Origin: an uncultured virus (IMG/VR IMGVR_UViG_3300030118_002929)
Lineage: Duplodnaviria; Heunggongvirae; Uroviricota; Caudoviricetes
Virus record (IMG/VR): IMGVR_UViG_3300030118_002929
Strand: one strand, 5' to 3'
DNA length: 64,000 nt
A program made the position numbers and the translations under genes. Shown piece by piece: positions 58,063 to 64,000 of the stretch. The notes under the pieces were generated by a model that was not told the DNA's origin, ran no database searches, and saw only the letters and a list, made by a program, of their open reading frames with translations. How positions within the stretch are numbered: position 1 is the stretch's first letter; each line of letters starts with the position of its first letter.

Positions 58063-60372
58063 ATGATGATAAAGAGTGAAAATATGAATATACAAAATAC
58101 CAAATCAAGTCTAGCAAAATTACTTGCTACAGAAAATATTACTGTAGAATTTGCTAATGTGCAAACTGCACAATTCGATGTAAAAAACAGAATTTTAGTC
58201 TGCCCTCAATATAAAGATATGACTAATGAGATGTACGATTTATTCGTAGGGCATGAAGTTTCTCATGCTTTATATACTCCTTCAGATGGTCATGAGCAAT
58301 ATCCAGTTAAAGACAAAAACTTTCACTCTTTTGTCAATGTAGTTGAAGATGCTAGAATTGAGAGATTTATTCAAGATAAGTATCCTGGTCTTAAAAAAGA
58401 TTTCTACAAAGGTTACTCTCAGTTAAAAGAAAAAGATTTCTTCAGCATTAAAGATAAAGATGTTAATTCTTTATTGCTTATTGATAGATTAAATCTTAAA
58501 GCAAAATTAGGTACTCAAATTGATATTGAGTTCAATGAAACTGAACAAAAGTTTTTTGATGCTATGATGACTAGCAAAACTTTTGATGAAGTTCTAAAAA
58601 TTTCTAAAGACCTTTTTGACTATTGTGGTAAAGAGTTAGAAGAAAAAGAAAAAGAAGGTAAAGATGTTTCCGCTTATACTATTAAGCAAGATGAGAATGG
58701 TGTCGAAGTAGAGCAATCAGAAACTTCTACACAAGAAGAAAATCAAGAAGAAGAAAAAAATAATATGGGTGCTGGCGATAGTACCGATAACGATACTACT
58801 GAAACTGACCAAGAAGAAAAAGCAGATACTACTAGCAACGAAAATTCAGATGATGAAAAATCAGATGATGATAGTTCTAAAACTGCTACCGAAGATAATA
58901 AGAACAAAGGCAAACAATCAGATACCGATGAGGCAACTAAACCAGGTGCTAAGTCGATTACTGATACTGCAAGTCAACAATCTCTAAAAGAACAATTAGA
59001 AGATGATGAAAGCAAGATTTTTGACTATTGCGATTTCCCTAAAACTTTAGATTATAAAAAGTTCATTGTTGACAATGCTACAGTTATTAAAGAGTTAACT
59101 CAATATTGGGCACAAACTAACAATGATTATAAAAGCATTCTTCAGAGAAATGCTAAGAAATTTAAAGATGACAACCAAAAAGTTGTTAATTACTTGCACA
59201 AAGAATTTGAAATGAAAAAAGCGGCAGATAGTTATGCCAGAGCAAGTGAGAGTAAAACTGGTGTTATCAATACTAACAAGTTATTTTCTTACAAGTACAA
59301 TGAAGACTTGTTTCAAAAAGTAATGACTACTCCTGATGCTAAAAATCACGGTATGATTTTCTATCTTGATTGGTCAGGCAGTATGCATGATAATATGAAA
59401 GGTACTATTATGCAGTTGTTGAACCTAGTTCTATTCTGTAAAAAAGTAAATATACCTTTTAGTGTTTATGCATTTAGTTCTCATTATAGAAAATATTCTA
59501 GTGAGTTTGCAAATATTAATAATACTAATGCACAATCTAAAAACTTGAATGAGATGATTATTCACCCTTACAAGTTTTCACTTCTAGAGTTGATTACTAG
59601 TGATTGTAAAACTGCTCAATTCAACCAAGCATTTGAGTGTTTAGTTGCTTTAATGAATATCTACTCACACGATAAAAGATATGAAGGCGACTTTTGTTAT
59701 TTCGATTTGCCTAGCAGTTATTACCTAGGGCAGACACCTTTGAATGATGCAATCGTATGTTCTAAGTATATGATACAAGATTTTCAATCTAAGCATAAAG
59801 TTCAAATTATGAATGCAGTATTCTTAACTGATGGTTCTAGTCATTGTCTAGAAGGTAAGTTCGCTATTGAGAACGGCACGATGACCGCTAAAGATGTTGG
59901 GTATACTAATGCAGTTATCAGAGATAAAAAGTCTAGAGTTGAGATATCTGATTTATCTAAAGGCAAATATTATAGAAGAGCAGATTTTACCAAGAAGTTG
60001 TACCTAGCAGTAAAACAAGTTACTGGTGCTAATATGATTGGTTTCTTTGTTGCCTCTAGAAGAGATTTAGAATATGCATATTGGGATGCTCAGAGTTGCC
60101 CTAATATGAAAAAAGCAAAAATCAGATATTCAGATGATTTCAAAAAGTATGTTAAGAAAAACAAATTTTTTGCTTCTACTGTTAGCGGTCTTGATACCTT
60201 GTTTGTAGTGCAAGGGGGTAAAGATTTGCATGTTGATAATAGTTCAGTTCTAGATGAATTACAATCAGATGCTAAAAAAAGTCAGATCCAAAGTGCCTTC
60301 AAAAAAGCAAGTAAAGGCAAATTGCAATCTAGAATTATGCTAAACAAGTTTATTGAGAATATTGCCGCCTAA
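58063..60372 (+). CDS. CobT-like vWA protein with N-terminal HExxH domain
   Basis: HEVSH, NVVEDARIE, acidic linker, MIDAS DWSGSM, TPLN, FLTDG. Confidence 0.85.
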   Translation: MMIKSENMNIQNTKSSLAKLLATENITVEFANVQTAQFDVKNRILVCPQYKDMTNEMYDLFVGHEVSHALYTPSDGHEQYPVKDKNFHSFVNVVEDARIERFIQDKYPGLKKDFYKGYSQLKEKDFFSIKDKDVNSLLLIDRLNLKAKLGTQIDIEFNETEQKFFDAMMTSKTFDEVLKISKDLFDYCGKELEEKEKEGKDVSAYTIKQDENGVEVEQSETSTQEENQEEEKNNMGAGDSTDNDTTETDQEEKADTTSNENSDDEKSDDDSSKTATEDNKNKGKQSDTDEATKPGAKSITDTASQQSLKEQLEDDESKIFDYCDFPKTLDYKKFIVDNATVIKELTQYWAQTNNDYKSILQRNAKKFKDDNQKVVNYLHKEFEMKKAADSYARASESKTGVINTNKLFSYKYNEDLFQKVMTTPDAKNHGMIFYLDWSGSMHDNMKGTIMQLLNLVLFCKKVNIPFSVYAFSSHYRKYSSEFANINNTNAQSKNLNEMIIHPYKFSLLELITSDCKTAQFNQAFECLVALMNIYSHDKRYEGDFCYFDLPSSYYLGQTPLNDAIVCSKYMIQDFQSKHKVQIMNAVFLTDGSSHCLEGKFAIENGTMTAKDVGYTNAVIRDKKSRVEISDLSKGKYYRRADFTKKLYLAVKQVTGANMIGFFVASRRDLEYAYWDAQSCPNMKKAKIRYSDDFKKYVKKNKFFASTVSGLDTLFVVQGGKDLHVDNSSVLDELQSDAKKSQIQSAFKKASKGKLQSRIMLNKFIENIAA

Positions 60373-60433
60373 AAAATGACGGAATATATAGGGAAAATGA
60401 CGAAAAAAAAATTAAAAAAAACCGGAATAACCC

Positions 60434-60463
60434 TTGACAAACTCAATATAAAAATGTTAATAT
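60434..60463 (+). promoter_or_regulatory. Early sigma70-type promoter
   Basis: taaccc-TTGACA-18 nt-(TGt)TAATAT with upstream A-tracts. Confidence 0.7.
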
Positions 60464-60470
60464 GAATTAT

Positions 60471-61694
60471 ATGATGAAAAAAGAAAACAATGTGAAAGGT
60501 GATATCTATATGATGTTAGATGATAAACAAAAATCCTTTGTTGACTTAGCAGTATCAGAATACGGTACTCAGTTAAAAAGGTCTGAACTGATTGCAGTAC
60601 ATAAAAAGCATAAAGTTCCGTTCCCATATTGGTTAGTTAATAGTGACCAATTTAAATTAGGCAAAGGTCTTTATCAGATGCCTGTTGAGGGTACTCCTCT
60701 TCAAGCGACTGGTCATGAAGTTGCCAACTCTCCTATAAATACTGTAGAAGAGGCACCTGCTATGAAGAAAAAAATATCAGTAGCAGATACTACTATCATG
60801 AATTTGATACCTAGCAAATATACTAACTATGTTCCTTTCGGGCAGTTTAGTGATGTTAAGAGTATCGTAAAATCTAAAATGTTCTATCCTGTCTTTATTA
60901 CTGGTCTCTCTGGTAATGGTAAGACTATGATGGTTGAGCAAGTATGTGCCCAACTCAATAGAGAGTTTTTTAGAGTTAACATAACTATTGAAACCGATGA
61001 AGATGATTTACTCGGAGGTTACAGATTGCAAGATGGTGAGACCGTATGGTTTGATGGTCCCGTTGTTCAAGCAATGAAGAAAGGTGCCGTACTTCTTTTA
61101 GATGAAGTTGACTTAGCATCTAATAAGATTATGTGTATTCAACCTATCCTCGAAGGTAAGGGTGTTCTTCTTAAAAAGATAAATCAGTTTGTAGAACCAG
61201 CACCTGGTTTTCAGATTATCGCAACTGCTAATACAAAAGGTAAAGGTAGTGAAGATGGTAGATTTATCGGAACGAATGTACTTAATGAAGCATTCCTTGA
61301 GAGATTTCCTATCACAATCGAACAAGAGTATCCTTCAGTTGCTATTGAGAAAAAAATTCTCACTAAAGAATTAGCATCTGCTGGGAAACCTGATGAAGAT
61401 TTTGCCGACAAGTTAACCAAGTGGGCAGACATTATCAGAAAAACTTTTCTAGATGGAGGCATTGATGAAATCATTGCCACTAGAAGACTTGTTCATATCG
61501 CTAAGGCATATGCCATGTTTGGCAATAAAATGAAAGCGATTGAATTGTGCATTAACAGATTTGATGACGAAACAAAGTCATCATTTAAAGACCTTTACAC
61601 AAAGGTCGATGCCGATGCCATTCAAACTGATCCATCAGTTGATGGCGAAAGTGTAGTCAATCCTAAAGTAGAGATTGACAAAGCACCGTTTTAA
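60471..61694 (+). CDS. CobS/MoxR-like AAA+ ATPase
   Basis: GLSGNGKT, DEDDLLGG, LLLDEVD, ATANTKG.G, NEAFLERF. Start at 60471 or at the SD-led ATG near 60510. Confidence 0.88.
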   Translation: MMKKENNVKGDIYMMLDDKQKSFVDLAVSEYGTQLKRSELIAVHKKHKVPFPYWLVNSDQFKLGKGLYQMPVEGTPLQATGHEVANSPINTVEEAPAMKKKISVADTTIMNLIPSKYTNYVPFGQFSDVKSIVKSKMFYPVFITGLSGNGKTMMVEQVCAQLNREFFRVNITIETDEDDLLGGYRLQDGETVWFDGPVVQAMKKGAVLLLDEVDLASNKIMCIQPILEGKGVLLKKINQFVEPAPGFQIIATANTKGKGSEDGRFIGTNVLNEAFLERFPITIEQEYPSVAIEKKILTKELASAGKPDEDFADKLTKWADIIRKTFLDGGIDEIIATRRLVHIAKAYAMFGNKMKAIELCINRFDDETKSSFKDLYTKVDADAIQTDPSVDGESVVNPKVEIDKAPF

Positions 61695-61703
61695 GTTTAT
61701 TAT
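61675..61703 (+). promoter_or_regulatory. Sigma70-type promoter overlapping the ATPase 3' end
   Basis: TTGACA-17 nt-TATTAT, followed by hairpin gcgaggagg-acaa-cctcctcgt (61717-61738). Confidence 0.65.
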
Positions 61704-61759
61704 GAACTTGAATATAGCGAGGAGGACAACCTCCTCGTTCAACATTATAAAGGAGCATT

Positions 61760-62014
61760 ATGATGCCAGCAAAAACAAAAAGTCAACTTAATAAGTTGCT
61801 TAATTTCTTTCAAAAAGGTGGAACTCTAACTGCCGCTCAGGCAGAGAAGAAGTTCGGTGTAAATCGAATGTCTGCTAGGGTTTACGATTTGAGAGACCAA
61901 GGTTACTGTATCTACGGTAATACTAAGAAGGGTAGCAATGTCGTTTCATATAGACTTGGTACTCCATCAAGAGAAATTATCAAAGCAGGTTTTAAAGCAT
62001 TAAGAACTGCATAA
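61760..62014 (+). CDS. Small winged-helix DNA-binding protein
   Basis: LL..F..G.TLT..QA...FGV..MSARV.DLR..GY.I. SD AAGGAG. Confidence 0.8.
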   Translation: MMPAKTKSQLNKLLNFFQKGGTLTAAQAEKKFGVNRMSARVYDLRDQGYCIYGNTKKGSNVVSYRLGTPSREIIKAGFKALRTA

Positions 62015-62041
62015 GATAAAAGTATCACCTTTATCATCATA

Positions 62042-62070
62042 GGGAGGGTGCAATGCCCTCCCACTTTTTT
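62042..62070 (+). terminator. Rho-independent terminator
   Basis: gggagggt-gcaat-gccctccc followed by acTTTTTT. Confidence 0.75.
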
Positions 62071-62087
62071 AATATGAGGTTATTAAT

Positions 62088-62366
62088 TTGAAAAAATTAC
62101 AAGATAAAATTGAATATAAGTTTAGTGAAGATAAGATATTCGAAGATATAATGGAACATATTAATGGAACTTACGATGCCCATTATTCTAAAAACAAATT
62201 TCAATCTACCGAGTTCATTGTAGATTGCGGTCATGCTGAAGGTTTCTGTATAGGTAATATTATTAAGTATGCACAAAGGTTTGGCAAAAAAGAAGGAATG
62301 AACAAAAAAGACTTGTATAAGATAGTACATTATTGTATTATCTTACTATCAACTTTAGAAAACTAA
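62088..62366 (+). CDS. DUF3310/SaV-like protein
   Basis: TTG start after GAGG. HY......EFI......GFC.GNIIKYA.R.GKK....DL.K..HY. Confidence 0.75.
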   Translation: MKKLQDKIEYKFSEDKIFEDIMEHINGTYDAHYSKNKFQSTEFIVDCGHAEGFCIGNIIKYAQRFGKKEGMNKKDLYKIVHYCIILLSTLEN

Positions 62367-62379
62367 TGAGGACTATATT

Positions 62380-63042
62380 ATGCAAATAAGCAAAAACACT
62401 TTTGAAGTTTTGAAAAACTTCTCAGAGATAAATGAGAACTTACTGATTAAACCTGGTAATGAACTCAAAACTATTTCTGTAATGAAAAATGTATTAGCGA
62501 AGGCGACTATAGAAGAAACTTTTGATAAAGAGTTTGCTATCTATGATTTGAACTCCTTCTTAAATGTATTATCACTATATGATAATCCTGAGATTACACT
62601 AAATGATGATTATCTTACTATATCAAAAGGTAACTCATCTACAAAATTCTGGTATGCTGATCCTAGTTTAGTAGTAGCACCTACTAAAGATATCAATATG
62701 CCTAGTAAAGATATTGAAGTAAACATTACACAAGGTAATTATACAGACCTATTGAAAGCATCTAATATCATGCAACTACCTGATATCGCACTAGTGAGTG
62801 AAGAAGGTAAAATCAAAATGGTTGCTACAGATAAAAAGAATAAAACTAGTAATGTTTATGAAGTAGAAGTAGGAACAACGACTTCTAAATTCAGTATGTA
62901 TTTCAAAAGAGATAATTTGAGAATGATACCTGGCGATTATGACCTAGCGATATCACACAAAAATATATCTCATTGGTCTAACAAAAATAAATCTCTACAG
63001 TATTGGGTAGCATTAGAAACCGATAGTAAGTTTGAGGGTTAA
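62380..63042 (+). CDS. gp45: Sliding clamp gp45
   Basis: LKNFS.IN..L....GN.L.T.S..KN.LA.A, F.IYDL..FL, YW.ALE.DS. Confidence 0.93.
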   Translation: MQISKNTFEVLKNFSEINENLLIKPGNELKTISVMKNVLAKATIEETFDKEFAIYDLNSFLNVLSLYDNPEITLNDDYLTISKGNSSTKFWYADPSLVVAPTKDINMPSKDIEVNITQGNYTDLLKASNIMQLPDIALVSEEGKIKMVATDKKNKTSNVYEVEVGTTTSKFSMYFKRDNLRMIPGDYDLAISHKNISHWSNKNKSLQYWVALETDSKFEG

Positions 63043-63044
63043 TA

Positions 63045-63992
63045 ATGAATAAACTTAATGATGAATATTTGTGGGTTGAGAAATATCGACCTCAAACTGT
63101 AAGTGATTGTATCTTACCTAAACATCTAGAAGATACATTTTTAAACTTTGTAGAGAACGGCGAGATACCTAATTTGTTACTATGTGGTACTGCAGGTGTT
63201 GGTAAGACAACGATTGCAAAAGCACTATGTCAGCAAATGGGTTATGACTGGATAATCTTAAATGGTTCTAGTGAAGGTGACATTGATACCTTACGAACTA
63301 AGATAGTTAACTTTGCATCTACTGTATCCTTTTCAGGCAAAGGTAAAGTTGTTATCTATGATGAGGCAGATTACTTAACTGCAGTAACACAACCTGCACT
63401 AAGAAATTTTATTGAAGAGTTTAGTAAGAATTGTAGATTTATATTTACATGTAACTATAAGAATAAAATTATACCTGCTCTCCATTCTAGATGTTCAGTT
63501 ATAGAGTTTTCTGTACCTAAGAATGAGAAACCTAAAATAGCAACTAGGTTCTTAAACAGATTAGAAGATATTTTTAAAGAAGAAAAAATAAAGTATCAAG
63601 AACAATCTATTGCAGAGGTTGTTACTAAATTTTTTCCTGATTTTAGAAGAACATTAAACGAGTTACAAAAACTTTCTATCGGCGGCAGTATAGATGCTGA
63701 GGCAATCAAAGGTGCTGGTGATGTAAGTATTAAAGAGGTCATTGAATATTGTAAAGTTAAAGACTTCAAGAATATGAGAAAGTGGGTAGCAGATAATATC
63801 CATGTAAACGATGCGAATACTATTTTCAGAAAGATTTACGATACAATGTATGAATATCTTAAACCACAATCTGTACCTGTTGCAGTTTTAAAGATTGCAG
63901 ACTATCAGTACAAGAATGTGCATGTAGCAGACCCAGAGGTCAATCTAACTGCCTTCTTTACTGAAATAATGGTCGATTGTGAGTTTATGTAA
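63045..63992 (+). CDS. gp44: Clamp loader large subunit gp44
   Basis: LWVEKYRP, GTAGVGKTT, DEADY, ALHSRC, FPDFRR. Confidence 0.95.
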   Translation: MNKLNDEYLWVEKYRPQTVSDCILPKHLEDTFLNFVENGEIPNLLLCGTAGVGKTTIAKALCQQMGYDWIILNGSSEGDIDTLRTKIVNFASTVSFSGKGKVVIYDEADYLTAVTQPALRNFIEEFSKNCRFIFTCNYKNKIIPALHSRCSVIEFSVPKNEKPKIATRFLNRLEDIFKEEKIKYQEQSIAEVVTKFFPDFRRTLNELQKLSIGGSIDAEAIKGAGDVSIKEVIEYCKVKDFKNMRKWVADNIHVNDANTIFRKIYDTMYEYLKPQSVPVAVLKIADYQYKNVHVADPEVNLTAFFTEIMVDCEFM

Positions 63993-64000
63993 TGCCTACA

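Noticed and set aside
27899..58987. Alternate-frame + strand ORFs 27899..28135 and 58769..58987
   Set aside because: Nested inside gp14 and the vWA gene, with no translation signals.
450..63869. The many minus-strand ORFs in the supplied track (e.g. 12434..13009, 38421..38936, 3389..3733)
   Set aside because: They lie antisense to well-supported + strand genes, have shadow-frame composition and show no recognisable motifs.
1..64000. CRISPR array, tRNA/rRNA genes, integrase, introns, inteins, reverse transcriptase/DGR
   Set aside because: No repeat-spacer array, cloverleaf or such genes were seen by eye. Intergenic gaps are short and core genes (gp17, gp20, gp23, uvsW, gp46) are uninterrupted. 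tRNAscan and Infernal were not run.
1..64000. Stop-codon reassignment
   Set aside because: TAA, TAG (e.g. gp5, gp14, gp17) and TGA (gp47, gp46) all end conserved genes at expected lengths.
1..64000. General avoidance of all palindromes as the explanation of the k-mer pattern
   Set aside because: TGCA, TCGA, GTAC, CATG, GATATC and CTGCAG occur without GG/CC flanks, so the rule applies to specific motifs only.
63992..64000. ATG CCT ACA, start of the next gene
   Set aside because: Only three codons lie in the window, so no product can be assigned.

Overview
A 64-kb segment of an AT-rich (about one-third GC by eye) marine-type T4-like myovirus genome, almost entirely on the + strand. Gene content resembles pelagiphage and cyanophage T4-like phages. 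An alphaproteobacterial-type LexA box hints at an alphaproteobacterial host (inference). 1-26.4 kb encodes baseplate and tail-fibre proteins (gp27-like hub, gp5, PAAR, gp25, gp6, gp7, gp8, a 2170-aa VrlC-like protein, modular fibre genes). 26.4-42.6 kb encodes neck, terminase, tail and head proteins (gp13-gp23, gp3). 42.6-64 kb encodes uvsY, rubredoxin, uvsW, gp55, gp47/46, an accessory cluster (two flavin halogenases, deformylase, four Fe/2OG or cupin oxygenases, three methyltransferases), a vWA/MoxR pair, gp45 and gp44. The most striking signal is window-wide. Every GATC, GANTC, GCGC and GCWGC site I found by eye overlaps a GG/CC dinucleotide, and I found no AGCT. This suggests the phage modifies DNA in a CC/GG context, and an SPPY-motif DNA methyltransferase in the window is a candidate enzyme. 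Other notable items: a perfect antisense sigma70 promoter just upstream of gp55, a hidden minus-strand gene with an ATA start, a probable protease-processed internal-head polyprotein, and an RBS-sequestering hairpin around the gp13 late promoter. All motif counts were made by eye and need computational confirmation.
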